Of a stretch of 64,000 bases of DNA, positions 46,921-59,969 are shown piece after piece. Origin of the DNA: Lytechinus pictus (Eukaryota); contig NC_087245.1 in NCBI RefSeq assembly GCF_037042905.1, positions 11,348,001 through 11,412,000 of the forward strand, written 5' to 3'. The position numbers were made by a program, and so were the translations under genes. Within the stretch, counting starts at the first letter, position 1; every line of letters begins with the position of its first letter. Under the pieces are notes generated by a model. That model was not told the origin of the DNA. It saw only the letters and a program-made list of their open reading frames with translations, and made no database searches.

Positions 46921-48305
46921 TCTTAAATTCCCCCATTTAAAAATTAAGGCATTAAGCGTTGCCCCTGTCCATTCGTCCGTCCTTCCTTCCGTCACCCCAC
47001 TTGGTTTCCGCACAATAACTCGAAAAATATTAAACGGATTAAAAAAAAAATTGGGTGTGTAGGTAGATGACACCAAAATACAGTCTAAGTTTGACTTCGG
47101 AGTCCGCAGGTCAAAGGGCACAGCTCATTAAATATGCGAGTTGGTTTCCTCATTAAAGGTCAAGTCCACCCCAGGAAAATGCTGACCTGAATGAATAGAG
47201 AAAAATCAAACTAGCACAGTGCTGAAAATTTCATCAAAATCGGATGTAAAATAAGATAGTTATGACATTTTTAAGTTTCGCTTATTTTTCACAAAACAGT
47301 GTTATGCACAACTCGATGATGTCCATCACTCACTATTTCTTTTGTTTTTTATTGTTTGCCATTTTTTATAGATTTGACAATAAGGACCAACCTGACTGAA
47401 CCATATAGATTAAACAATGCTAATTCCACATGTTCAGGGAGGAATTAATCGTTGTATCACTTGACAATGAGGAGAAAATTAGAATATTTCATATTTCATA
47501 TAATAAAATACAAAAGAAATAGTGAGTGGATGACGTCATCAGTCTCCTCATTTGCATACTGACCAGGATGTGCATATAACTGTTTTGTGAAATTAAGCAA
47601 AACTTCAAAATGTCATAACTTTCTTATTTTACATCCGATTTTGATGAAATTTTCAGTGTTATGCTAGTTGGATTTTTCTCTTTTTATTCAAATCAACTTT
47701 TTATTGGGGTGGACTTTTCCTTTAAATATGCGAGTTGGTTTCTGCATGATAACTTATGAAATATTCAACGGATTAAAACAAAATTTGGTGTGTACGTAGA
47801 TGAAACCGAAATAAAGGCTAAGTTCGAATTCAGAGTTCAAAGATCACAGCTCATTAAATATGCGAGTTGGTTTTCGCATAATAACTTATGAAATATTCAA
47901 CAGACTTACAAAATTTTTGGTGTGTAGGTAGATGACACCGAAATAACAGGGTAAGTTCGAATTTGGAGTCCGCAGGTCAAAGGTCACGTCACAGCTCATT
48001 ATATATGTGAGTTGGTTTCCGCATGATAACTTTGGAAATATTCACCAGATTTTAAAAATGATTGGTGTCTGGGTAGCTGACACCAAAATAAAGTCAGGTC
48101 ACATCAAATGACCTGACTGTCATATCTTCTATCAGAGATTATTATTGAATGGGTGAGTCTTTAGGTCAAAGGTCTAAATTTGTTCATTAATTGTACAAAA
48201 GCATATTTGTCTCTGCACGATATTAAGTTCAATTATATTGAATGAATTTCTTATTGCGTTAAGCGGGGGCATCTGTGTCCTTTGGAGATTTCATATTTCT
48301 AGTTT
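46921..48305 (+). mobile_element. Helentron/HINE-like non-autonomous element with central ~130-145-bp repeats
   Basis: 5' ..ATTCCCCC then a (GTCC/TTCC)n microsatellite; repeated TTGGTTTCCGCA.ATAAC..GGTCAAAGGTCA units near 47001, 47735, 47867 and 48012; 3' GCGGGGGCAT, short hairpin, CTAGTTTT. Confidence 0.62.
47157..47721. mobile_element. Kolobok-like palindromic MITE nested in the HINE-like repeats
   Basis: TTAA at 47153-47156 and 47722-47725; termini AGGTCAAGTCCACCCCA / TGGGGTGGACTTTTCCT; long inverted arms. Confidence 0.88.
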
Positions 48306-49829
48306 TGTCATATCTTCAACTTCAACTTCTAGTAAATGAACTAACCGTGGACAGCCATGATATCTCAGTTGTCGTTGAGTTAACAATGTTGAAATTAAAT
48401 TGGAGCTACGCTAAAATTCACTTCCGAACACCATTTTCGATAAACCTAATACAAGATGAATAAAAGTTTTTAAAAAAAAAGTATTATAGACTGAATTCTA
48501 GAAGCAAAAGATTGATTTTGAGAGCCGACACACGTGCAAAAATGTTGACCTATATACTTCCGCTGTCAAACTGCGCACTGGATCGGCCTGAATCCGAGAA
48601 AAAACAACATTGGAATGAAGCTAGAGGTCGTCTAAACGTTGATTCTGTGGTATTGTGGTTCATGTTTGTGTTTTAATCATGATTCAAATCATGATTCTGG
48701 ATTGAGGTTGCATAAACGCAGTCTACATGTTCTCACTTCATATTATTGGAAAGCATGTGAATAAGCATAATCCATAATGCAATATTTTTCTCAGTATTTT
48801 GCTTTAGGACTAAAATTTGCGATTCTCGATAATTATATATGATGTCATTTTATATGAACGGAGATGTATGTGTTTGCATTTTGAAAAGATCGATTATTTT
48901 TTCCTGTTCAAAATTAGAATTCAAAATTTAAAATCAATTCACATTGAAATATTTCATTAAACTTATTTCCTGTTAAAGCCACACTCTAAAAACTTTCTAA
49001 ATGTTTGATCAACTTTTATTTTCTGCTTATCACAAACATGTTGTCTGTTTAAGTACTAATTTTTTTTTAAAGACATATAATCACAATTCTGTCCACATAA
49101 GATAACATTAGATGAGTAGTACAATGAAACCCATATATTATTTTTTGCGAATTTAAATGTTTCTCTTAAAAACAAATACTTAATTTTGGCTGTTAATTTG
49201 AAATAGGACACAAAACTGGCGGGTATACTCGTAGTTGTATTTTTTACCGTATATATAGCTTCCCAACGGTGTATATGATTTAGTTTATGTTTCCGCTTCT
49301 TCTTAGATTCCACCTAGCTTTTTTAAATCCCAAGTACAGAAATTTGACTTCTACCCCATAGCATAATGAACCAAACCGACATTTTGAGGGGGCCAGCTAG
49401 GCATAGCATATGGGGAAAATTTCTACAAAGTTGCGAGCGAGCAAAGTATTGGAATATCTGATGCTTGGAAGAAGAGAATAAATGAGGAAATCTTTGACAA
49501 AATTAAAGATATATTCTTCACAAGACGTTCTTTTTAGTATAGCAACTATAGAAAAATGTTAACCTCCGTAAGCAGTGGCATATCTACGGGGCAAGGTGTA
49601 ATGTGCCCCAGGTACTTTGAGGGGGCACATAAACTATAAAGAGACAACTGAAAGAAAATATTAGAGGATTTCACCCCTCCCCCATTTGAAGGCGAATTTA
49701 ATGCATCAAAACTTGTCATTTATAGGTTTTGAGTGACACAAATTTTGTAAAGCTTTTTGCTTCATCGCATGATTCCTCTCAGAACCACAGAATTTGGAGT
49801 CCCTAGTATAGTTCTGAAACTTGATTTAA

Positions 49830-50677
49830 CCCTTTCTAGGCCGGGGTATTTTGGGATTTCATATGGCCGCGGGGGGGGGGGGGCTCCCAGGTCCCCCTTG
49901 AGATCTCGGCCGTCGAACGCGCGATCGTGCCGAAAAATCTTTCTCACCAAGAATAAGACTTTAATAAGACCATTGATGGTGTTTGGTAGCTTCATAATGG
50001 GCCTTAGTCTATCTCTCTCACCTGAGACATAATCTACAAAATTGTATAGTAATTTATTTCATGCGAATTGCTATTAAGTGATTATGCTAATTTATGCGTA
50101 ATTAGTATGCGATCGAAATCATACTTTTCCCTCTAAGTCTAACTCCCTAAATAAAGCTCCAAATGTTCTAATATTTGGTATAGATACTCTTTGAGGTTTT
50201 CTTAGCAAGTGAACATGAAAAAATTGCAATATCAAATCATTTTCTTATGTATTCATTGTTTTTTGCAATTTCTTATGTATTTCCTTGTTTTTACCTTTTG
50301 TTTTTCATTGTTTTTTCAATGAAATTTGTTGGGGACTCTTCTGAGATCATAAAAAGCATAAAATAAATACATTTAGACCAGCAAAACTAAAAATAATCAT
50401 ACATTTATGAATTTTGGTTGAAAACACAATTTGCATTGACTTTGTACACAAAACCACGTTTTTGAGCAATTTTTGGACATGCACTTACATAATGTTGCGT
50501 AATTTCGGAACCACGTACCCGGGTGACGCAAAATTGGTCTCAAAAGTTGCGCAAGACTTGAAAGTAAAAAGTCTGCGAGTGGCGCGGTCAAAAAAAATTC
50601 GCGCGGCGAAAATATCGCGCGATTCGTTGAGGGGGGCCTCCGATGTAGAGGCCCCCCCCCCCCCGGCCTAGATAGGG
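49830..50677. mobile_element. piggyBac-like non-autonomous element
   Basis: TTAA at 49826-49829 and 50678-50681; TIR CCCTTTCTAGGCCGGGG / CCCCGGCCTAGATAGGG (16/17). Confidence 0.88.
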
Positions 50678-50989
50678 TTAAAGGCTTCATCAGGGTCCAG
50701 ACTTTGTAGGATTTATAAAAATTAAGAAATCGCAATACAGAAAAAAGAAACAGGAAGAAATAAAGAACAAATAATACATCCAGAGGACTTTGCATTCACA
50801 AACTTTACTAATATCATTTCAAAATTACTAGTATTGATTTCATATTTATTTCAGGTCCATGGGCAAAATGTGCAAAAAGTTGCACTTTACTAATTCAAAG
50901 TTGAATTGAATTTCCATGCTTGATCGCAACGTAAAAATTATAATGGAGATACTACGGTACTGCAGTCCATCGGGAAGGGGGTTCAAGTG

Positions 50990-51125
50990 AAGAGGGGAGA
51001 CAGAAAGAAAGTAAGAGAAAAAGAAAGCAAGAAAGATAAAGAAAGAAAGAAAGAAAGGAAGGATCGAAGAAAGAAAGAAAGAGGGGGAGAGAGAGAAAAG
51101 GAAGGAAGGACGGAAAGAAAGAAAG
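50990..51125. repeat. GA-rich simple repeat
   Basis: (GAAA)n and (GGAA)n seen directly. Confidence 0.9.
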
Positions 51126-52616
51126 ATATCGATTGCGGTACCAAACACTTATTTACAAAACATATTCGTATTATATGTTGGAATGTGGTTTATTGGAGCC
51201 CAGTATTTCCTCTTCAAAGTTTGATAGGATAGTGAGAAAGGTAAATTCTGTTTTCTTAATTATTCGAGCAAGTTTCCGAAATTGGGTGGATAGTTTTTGG
51301 ATACTAGGGGTTACTAGTATACGGTATATGATTAAAATCGCAGCAGCAACATGTAACACTAAAATAAGATGATAAATGGTGATACGGTAGTTTGGAATCG
51401 TCCACTTTGAAATGGGATTATAATAATACATATTTTAAAGGTAAGTCTATAGTGTATTATATTATATTACAATCACAGCATAATGTAATAATTTTCTAAT
51501 TCATATTACATTAAAATATTCAAAAAGATTTCTTCTCATGTTAATCTAATCATAATTTTGTAATGTTTTGACAAAAGTAGAAAAAGTCCCCTACACCAAG
51601 GCAATAAACTCACTCATTCAACGACTACCGAGCTGCTGGATCGTGATACTAGATAAGCACTGGTAATATCTCTCTTTATGTATCCTTTTCCATTGTTTAC
51701 ATGATTATGATTTTACAAGTCTCATATTTTTGCATTTTATATTACATTTGTCTTAATTAAAACAGAGCTGCGTTACTTTAAATCTTGCCATTTGTAGTCG
51801 GAAGAGAGACGGTCGCTGAGCCTTTTTTTAGCCAGGCTTTCAGTTTCACCTGGCTTGGTCGTTCGGCGGTTTACGTCTCACGTCCTAAATCTGACCCGGA
51901 GGTATCCCGATGACGAAGACAAGACATTTCGTTTACCGGTACTGTGCTGTGGCCGCGGCACTTAAACTGTTGTGAATTGTCATGATTGTGGCTGGTTAGA
52001 TTTGAGGAGTAAAAATGTATATATTTTAGCTATATCGTGGTTGTGGTAAACCCTCCAGCTTTTATTTATGTCATCCACTTGCAAGCCAGCGAAGTTTAAT
52101 CTTGTTATGTTAATTGACAATGTGTGTTAGTGTAGTCTAGACTGTACAGTGTTGAAATTACTTTTTACGTCGACTTGGACGGCTGGCGTTTCTAAGGTGG
52201 AGATTGGTTGACGTTACTGGAGATTCCCCCTAAAGGCCCTAATGAAATATTAGAACTAGCTCAATCTGGCATTGAGTTGTCTATCAACAAGACTTTCCCA
52301 CAAATAAAATTAAATGAACAACGATAAATTAAATAATCATTTAACAATTAATATCAATGAAGAAAAAATACAAATCAATTTTTTAATAAACAATGTTAAA
52401 CATTAAATGAATTTGTAAACAAGCTGGACAATCTGCGATGCTAAGCCATGCATTGAATCATGAAAAAAAGAATGGCTCTCAAAAACTGAAAATGGCTCTG
52501 GTAAAATGAAAAATGGCCTTCAAGTTTTTTTCAAAATGGCTCTCTAAAATTAAAATAAAAAGTAATTTTTAGATGATTCTTATTGTTGATTTGGATTGAA
52601 TATATTCTGCGAACCT

Positions 52617-52780
52617 GGGTGGTGTTCATAAAATTGTTCATAAGTTACAAACAACTTTACGCGCAACTGATGTTACAGTAACTATTCTTACGCTACATCT
52701 AAATGAATACGAATCAGATTAGCACCCAAAACATATTCCATTTGCTCGTAACGTTGATTGTTAATTAACGAACCACTTCA
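52617..52780. mobile_element. Degenerate MITE
   Basis: Similar to 11465-11582, with weak inverted ends. Confidence 0.45.
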
Positions 52781-53587
52781 TGAATCATCTCCCAGTCTCG
52801 ATACACCTTACATAAATTTTCCCAATGCCATCAAAAAATTATATTTTGGCTACAGCCTCTTACTCTCGGATTATGGAAGGGGGTCTAACTTGTCAGAGTT
52901 TGCGAGACCAAAAAATATGAGGGCTTGGGATGGCAAAATGGCCATTAACTTTATTCTTGGCTAAAAAAAGACCGGATGTGATGCTGGGGCAGATCCAGGA
53001 TTTCATGGGATCGGGTGATGCAGAAGACTGTTCCATATTTTTAGGACAAGTCTTTTGTGGTAAAATTTCTTGTTGGCAAGAAATGATCATTGTTGCAAAA
53101 AAATAATTAGCAAAGAGTGTAAATTGAAACCTTGATTTACTGAGCCCTTTTTAAGGCTGTTACTATCTTCATTGTTTATCTACATTTCTTAATTACATTT
53201 TTAGTAGGCCTACTTTGTACATGTACCTTTAAAATGAGCCCCCAAATCTCAATGTCTTCTCTTTGTGATTACTAGATCATTTATGTCTCCATAAATTTAT
53301 TTTTGTAATACTGAAATGTCTTTTTTTTCTTCAGAGTCTGGTTGAATTGACAATGGAAACTTCAGATCATGAAAGAACTTTATTTTAAGTTTATTCTAAC
53401 AAGGACTGCCTTGCCAGCACAGCTACAGGACAATAGGAAGCTCTTGCATACCTTCTCTTTTGAAAAGTCACAAACACATGTGGATTCAAATATGAGTGAT
53501 TTCTGTAAACTGAAAACACATTCCTCTAATAATTGCACGTGGCCAGGAATTGACAAAATTTAAGAACTTTAAACTACAAGAACCAAA

Positions 53588-53774
53588 ATGGATGACAGCA
53601 GTACAAGTAGTAAAGGCCGGTGCTGTAGATGTTCAGTCACGACCTGTCGCTGCATTGTGGCAGAATTTTTCTGTATGTTTCTCTTCATGTTTATTGCTGG
53701 AACAACAGATCTCAATTGGACAGATCGTCCACCCATATCAGAATTACAGGTGGCACTGACCCTTGGTTTTGCAA
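53588..53774 (+). CDS. Aquaporin (MIP family), first coding exon (exon probably starts at 53335)
   Basis: MDDSSTSSKGRCCRCSVTTCRCIVAEFFCMFLFMFIAG...ELQVALTLGFA with the TM1 AEF motif; A|GTAAGT donor; TTTTCTTCAG acceptor ending at 53334. Confidence 0.88.
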
Positions 53775-54123
53775 GTAAGTGCATGATATTTTTCTTTTTT
53801 AAAGAAATTATTTATCATTTATGTATTCTGATCTTGAGACTTTAAACTTTATAAAACACGAAGTCCAACTCAACAATAAGTTATTAGATTAAGAAAAAAC
53901 AGAAGCTAGGAAGACAATGATATCACTCACATTTTTTGTATTTTTTTTTTTACATTTGATTATAAACTATAAAAATTACAATATTTCTGGATTTGATGAT
54001 AAAAAAGGAATGCCACCAAATTGCAATAAATTGCATTGTACATGTACTTTATTAAGGATGTATGGAGCACTATTTTTATTTACTTTTAAAATGTTTCATT
54101 TTATTTCTTTATCATTTCCACAG

Positions 54124-54286
54124 TTACGACATTGACACAGTGTTTTGATGCAATCAGTGGTTCACATCTGAATCCAGTTGTTACAATGGGTTTTATCATA
54201 ACGAGGCAAGTTGGTGTCATCAAGGGGCTTGTCTTTCTTGCTGTCCAGTTTGTTGGAGCTTTCACGGCTTGTCTTCTTCTACAAGG
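54124..54286 (+). CDS. Aquaporin (MIP family), second coding exon with loop-B motif SGSHLNPV
   Basis: ITTLTQCFDAISGSHLNPVVTMGFIITRQVGVIKGLVFLAVQFVGAFTACLLLQG; phase 1 matches the previous exon; GG|GTGAGA donor. Later exons were not found in the window. Confidence 0.9.
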
Positions 54287-54315
54287 GTGAGAATTTATCT
54301 GATATGTTTTATTAA

Positions 54316-55046
54316 AGTGGTACTTTAGGCTAAACATAATGATTCGAACAGATTAAGGAAAATCAGACAAACAAAACACTGAAAATTTCATCAAAATCCG
54401 ACAAGGAATAACAAAGTTATGGTATTTCAAAGATTTGCATTATTCCGGTGAATAAGTTCTAGGCATGTCTTCATAAATTTGTATTTTATTACAGTATATA
54501 TGAAATTAGGTTTATTCAAATTCCGTCCGATGTGTGCGGGTTCTGTTTTTTTTTTCTATTCCGGTATTCTGATTGATAAAACAATGTAATACATAACAAA
54601 CAGTTTGACCATTTCTTCTTCTGTTGGGGGTATTTGTTTAATTACTATCATAACTTTGAAAATATATGGATCTAGTCCATGAAACTTGGACATAAGGTTA
54701 ATCAAGTATTAGTGAACATCCTGCTTGAGTTTCAGGTCACATGACCAAGGTCAAAGGTCATTTAGGGTCAATGAACTTTGGCCAAGTTGGGGGTATTTGT
54801 TGAATTACCATCATAACTTTGAAAATTTATGGATCTAGTTTATGAAACTTGGACATTAGGTTAATCAAGTACCACTGAATATCCTGTGCGAGTTTCAGGT
54901 CACATGACCATGGTCAATTGTGCACTGTAGAGAACCCATCTATTTTATACCTTTTATTCATTCTGTCTTTCTGCTAAAATGAGATAACAAATTCCATATT
55001 TCATTTTATCATGATGAAAATTCATATTTGCTCCCAGAGTTGCTCT
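54316..55046. mobile_element. Degenerate Kolobok-like MITE interrupted by a 164-bp repeat pair
   Basis: TTAA flanks; left arm resembles 47157 and 60958 (GAAAATTTCATCAAAATC); internal GTTGGGGGTATTTGTT..GGTCACATGACC units near 54622 and 54786. Confidence 0.5.
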
Positions 55047-55269
55047 TTAAGACATGTATCAAGAATTAGATCTTTTTATGAAATTGAAACAGTTCATCCT
55101 TTTTTTTAGACCTGTACAATCTCACGTTTTTTTTTAAATAAGACAAATAACAAAAGTGGAGCATATACGTGTACATTGTTTATGCAGGAAATGACCTTTC
55201 ATTGTCACCAAATTGTATTTTTAAAGTTCTAACTAATTTTAGAAATGATTGGTAACTGTTAGAATGAAG

Positions 55270-55592
55270 GAGGAGCCGTGGTGTAGTGGTTCTGATTCTC
55301 GTCTTGTAAACAGAGGGTTGTTGTTCGAATCCCGGTCTGGTGTCCTTTGGCAAGGCGTTAATCCACACTTTGCCACTCTCGACCCAGGTGCTAAATGGAT
55401 ACCCGGTAGGATGTGAAATTCATTGTAGCTTGTCCAGTCCTGTGTGCGCCTCACAGGCGACTGACTGGAATACTCCTCAGGGAGTGGAGGATGTGCACAC
55501 ATTGTGTGCGGGAATGATAATCGACTGATTAAATCCGATGACCAGGGTATTGTATATCTGTAAAGCGCTATATATAAGCAGATAATTATTAT
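55270..55592 (+). mobile_element. tRNA-derived SINE
   Basis: A box TGGTGTAGTGG, B box GTTCGAATCC, body shared with the 16.2-kb copy. Confidence 0.87.
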
Positions 55593-56768
55593 ATGGTAAA
55601 GATTATGTCAGTTAATGTAATAGTACACTGTATGTAAAATTATCACTGTATACAATATTCAAGTACTGAATATTATTGGGAATAAATTAGGAAGATAAAA
55701 AAAGAGCTATGTACACTGATTATTATGCCAGAGTTGTAATGATTATTTTGTAAAGTGATGTTTGACTACAGTTTTTGCACCAGTCCATACATGAAAATGT
55801 ACCAATAGGGATAATAAATAGAGGCATTTTGTAATACTATATGCAATAGTATAATATTCTGAGGTGGGCAACAACATTGCTGCAGAACTCTAGCTGACTA
55901 TATGTAGGCTACATGTACATGTACGTGTATCTATATTAAACGACATAACCAAACCTGGGATAAAAAGGACTACATGTACATTTTACATTATTTTCCCAAC
56001 ATGTCTCAATGGCGATTCCAAGCAAAGTGGAAATTTTCCGTAAATTTACATTGGCTCTTTTTCAAATCTGGATCAAAATTTTCTATTTAAACTCATATGG
56101 AAGTTCATAAATACAAAGGGTGAACACGATTAACCTAAAAAAAATGTTCTTACTCATCTCTTTTTACGAGAATCCGAACCATCCAAAAACATATTCATGG
56201 GACTATTTTAAGAATTTGTTTGTTTTGTAAAATTTTCAGTTTGATGATCTCAAGGCCATCATTTTACACCTAAAAGAAAATTTTCAAATATATTTACGGG
56301 AAGGGTTAAAAAAAAATGTCTAATTTGTGGTGCCGGACAGAGTGTAATGCTACTGACCAGAGTTATTGTATCCACAAAAGAAACTTGAAGTTTCTTCCGA
56401 ATTACAAAGGTTTTATTTCGGACCTCTATGTATTACCGTATATATGTTTTGCACAGTATTGAAATTGGCAAAAGTGTTTTGATTTGAAGAACTACATGTA
56501 GTAAAAAGTAATCAGTCACCTTTTTCCATGTCCTTTTTGTGTATTATGAGACTAACTGATTTTGGGGACGTTACATGGCCTCCACAATATACAGCAAACA
56601 ACCTTTCTGTATACATGTACATGTATTGTTTTAAAGCCTCGTTTGTCAAGATAAATTGACAGTATCAACTTGACAGAAAGACTTGCCCATAAAAGCATCA
56701 AGTACTGTGAAAACGGTGGAATCGCCCATTATCATCATAACAAACGTGTTGCTGAAAACTACACAGTA

Positions 56769-57002
56769 GGGCCGTCTGCACCAGCCCAAGTTTTCAATTA
56801 ATCACGCTATTTCTGATCCAGCAAATCATCCCGATATGAACAATGTCAAGATCATTTGTAGTGGAGATGCAATAATCGCGATTAGAATTGCTCTTGCGTT
56901 GGTGGAGATGGGGTTTCTTGAATCTTGAGATTAATCACTATTAGTGGCCTGATCTGGCTAAAATCTTGAGATTGAGCAAACTCGGGCTGGTGCAGCACTG
57001 CC
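56769..57002. mobile_element. Short MITE
   Basis: CTGCACCAGCCCAAGTTT / AAACTCGGGCTGGTGCAG inverted ends. Confidence 0.6.
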
Positions 57003-59969
57003 TATTTATTTAAATAATTGGAAAGACATTACATGTATATTGCCTACTTTGCATTTGCGTGATTATTTGTGCCATCAACACTTATTGTTAAAAATGGTGG
57101 TACTTCATTAATAATTACCCTTTCTCCTGTTCCCCTTCTTAATTTTAGTATACTTCTTTTTTCCTTTGTATCTTTGCCTCATTCCCTAAATAATTTGTTG
57201 TATAGTAGCTTTTGGGGGTCCACTCATCCAATCAGCTGCTGAGGATCTAAGTGTGTTGTATATACATGTATTCATTACAAATTGTTATTTTAAATGGACA
57301 TTGTTGAAAACACTATTTCAATCATAATCAGCATTAAATTAATTGATATTAATAAAAGTATTTAAAAAAATGATATTTTGGGGCTACATGTAGGAGAAAC
57401 ACAATAGGCCTACATGTATGCGTTGGAATTGTGAGCAAGTTTCGTCTGGAACTGCATGCATACAGGCGTAAAAAATTTGGTCTAGAAAGTTGCACAAGAC
57501 TTGAAATAAATGTTGTATGCTGAAAGATGCAGTGTCTACTTTTTGCATTCAAAACATCAAGGGGACAGAAGATTCCATTACAGGCCTTCTTCCCTCTTTT
57601 GTGCCAACTTTGCATACAGTCCAAGTGAACCAAAATAATGCTTCCCGGGTCGAGAAGTTGGGTATGAAAATGAGAAAGAATCTGTTGAAAAGTCGCTTGA
57701 AATCCTATCTCATAGTGACTCTCCATTTCACTTGCAGTCTCGTTTGTGATTCATGCTTCAATACTTAAAATTTTGAATTAGTAATGCACCCTCTGACAAA
57801 TGTAGTCCTACATTGTATCAAAGTATCAAAGAGTAATGAAGGAGACAGATGGTGATTTGAAAAGGATTTCCTGGAAAAGGATTGAAGCTACATAAATGTA
57901 CATGTATAGTATATAATGTTGCTCAGTCATATTTCTGTTAAATGCAAACATGTGTGATTTGATAATCATTACTTGTTGCATGCAGTTAAATCAAATCTGA
58001 AGTCTCTGTCTTGGTGATATTCTGCAACTTGTAATAAGTTTCATTTAAAACACATACACACACATTGCATTGGACTTTAGACAGTGCATTATGTGACAGA
58101 ACTTTAAATCTTTAATATATTTTAATTATAGATCTTTTCCTCTGCTTCCTTTAATGCATACGTACATCTAGGTCTATCTGTTTAGAGTCTTGCCTGATTG
58201 ATATACATGTACATGTAGGCCTGCATATTGTCGAGATATTTTCGAGTTGTAGGCCTACATTTTTTTTTTAAAGAGTTTATTGACCCATTACCTTCACATG
58301 TGTTCCTGATTTAGGGTTGTTATGAACTTGCATTCCAAATCACCATTGGCCTTCATGCTGAGGAAGAGGAGGGTCTGTGTAGTTTGAACCAACAGCCTCA
58401 TTTCCATTCAAAGTACTCCTATTTTTACTTTGATGATGTGCCGTATAGGCCCTATGGAGTTATTTTTGTTACATACTGTATGCTCTGAACTACAGATGTC
58501 ATATGATTCAGTCATGTCAGTAGAAAATGCAGATTTTAGGCAAGGCTCAAGATTGGGTGGGCTTGTTATTTTAGATGAAATGGCAAACAGAGTCTGTGTT
58601 TAAAGACTACAGGTCCTGAACTTCAGATATGATCACTCTTTTGAATGAGATGTCGTGTGTCAATAATCAAAATGTATTATACACATGTAGCAATATCATA
58701 ACAAGTGACTTGCAGGAAAGGATGTAGCCTACACCGCAATGCTAATTAATTTTACCATGGACTTACATGTACAATGTCCATGATCTTTAATACCAACCCC
58801 AAGTTGTAAGTCCATGGTTGTACATTTACAAGTATGTAAACATTTTCAATTTTAATTTTTGTAAGTCCTTTCCAAGATACAAATACATGTAAATGTGAGT
58901 GTGAGTAAAAAGTGCAGATTACATGTATGTAGTAGGCCACTGAAGTGGGGGGGGGGGGGAGGGGGCCGTCTTCAATTTAATTGTACAAAAACAGAAAAAT
59001 TACAATCTGATTGTGATTTTTTTACATGGTCATGCAGCCACCATTCTGCAGCCCATGTGTACATGTAGGGCTTTAATCCACACGCATGTACGTTTGCCCA
59101 AGTATGTTAAACGATTGAATCCTGGGAAGTCGACTCTCATTGTGACTAGCAAGTTTTTTAATCAGGCCTAGTTCTCTGGTAAGACCAGCCATGAGAGAAG
59201 CTCTAGTTGTGAAAGATTTTATTTCCTTAAATTGAATTTTGGTACAATTTGTTTTCCTTTGTCTGAACAGGGTAATAGGCGCCCAAGACTAAGACCCCCT
59301 TCAATTTTAACAAAGCACATCACAGTTGGGGTATGGTCAAGAGGTCAGATCCTCAACAAGTTGGGCAACATCATTCATTTTTACAACCAAATCAATACCA
59401 AACCAACAAGTAGCTATTATTTTTTAAAATAAAGTCAACTTTATTTTTGTTTCATGCAAATGCAATGTTTATCGGCTACAAGTATTGATATTGCCTTCAG
59501 TAGCATTTAATCAGGATGATATTGCATTACCGGTATATGTTAATGGATTTTAACCCATATTTTGGCTTTATGCTCATCTGTTCTACAGGTACTGCAGCTC
59601 CCTTCAGTTGCCTTGCATGGTGGTACTGTACAAGTACATAATTCTATATTAAAGATTCTCCTGTTTTATTTTAATCTAAAGAAAACATTTCTGATGTTTT
59701 TACTGCACTTTCTCCTCTGAGTGCACTTTGAACTTTGAACTCTTCCCAATGTGTGAAAACTTCCTGTAATGCTGAGTGATTGCCAGAGGCATGGGATTTG
59801 TGGATAGATAGGCCGTGGATGTACTAGAGAAGTGTGAGGTTCCACTTCCCTGGATAGAGTCTATGGAGTGGTTCTTTTCAAAGAATTTATTGAGGGCCAT
59901 GGAGAGGGCATATAAACATAATTTGTAATAGAAAGGGGGGAAAAGGTAGCTTTTTTATTATCCTTACTC

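Larger units (their letters stand above)
45578..48723. mobile_element. ~3.1-kb composite TIR element carrying nested insertions
   Basis: Ends GAGTGCGTTTAT..AGAATCATGATCTGAATCATGATT and AATCATGATTCAAATCATGATTCT..ATAAACGCAGTC are inverted; TACAT flanks both sides. Confidence 0.65.

Noticed and set aside
49757..51232. ORFs of 77-132 aa around the piggyBac-like MITE and GA tract
   Set aside because: No transposase motifs; derived from repeats or low-complexity DNA.
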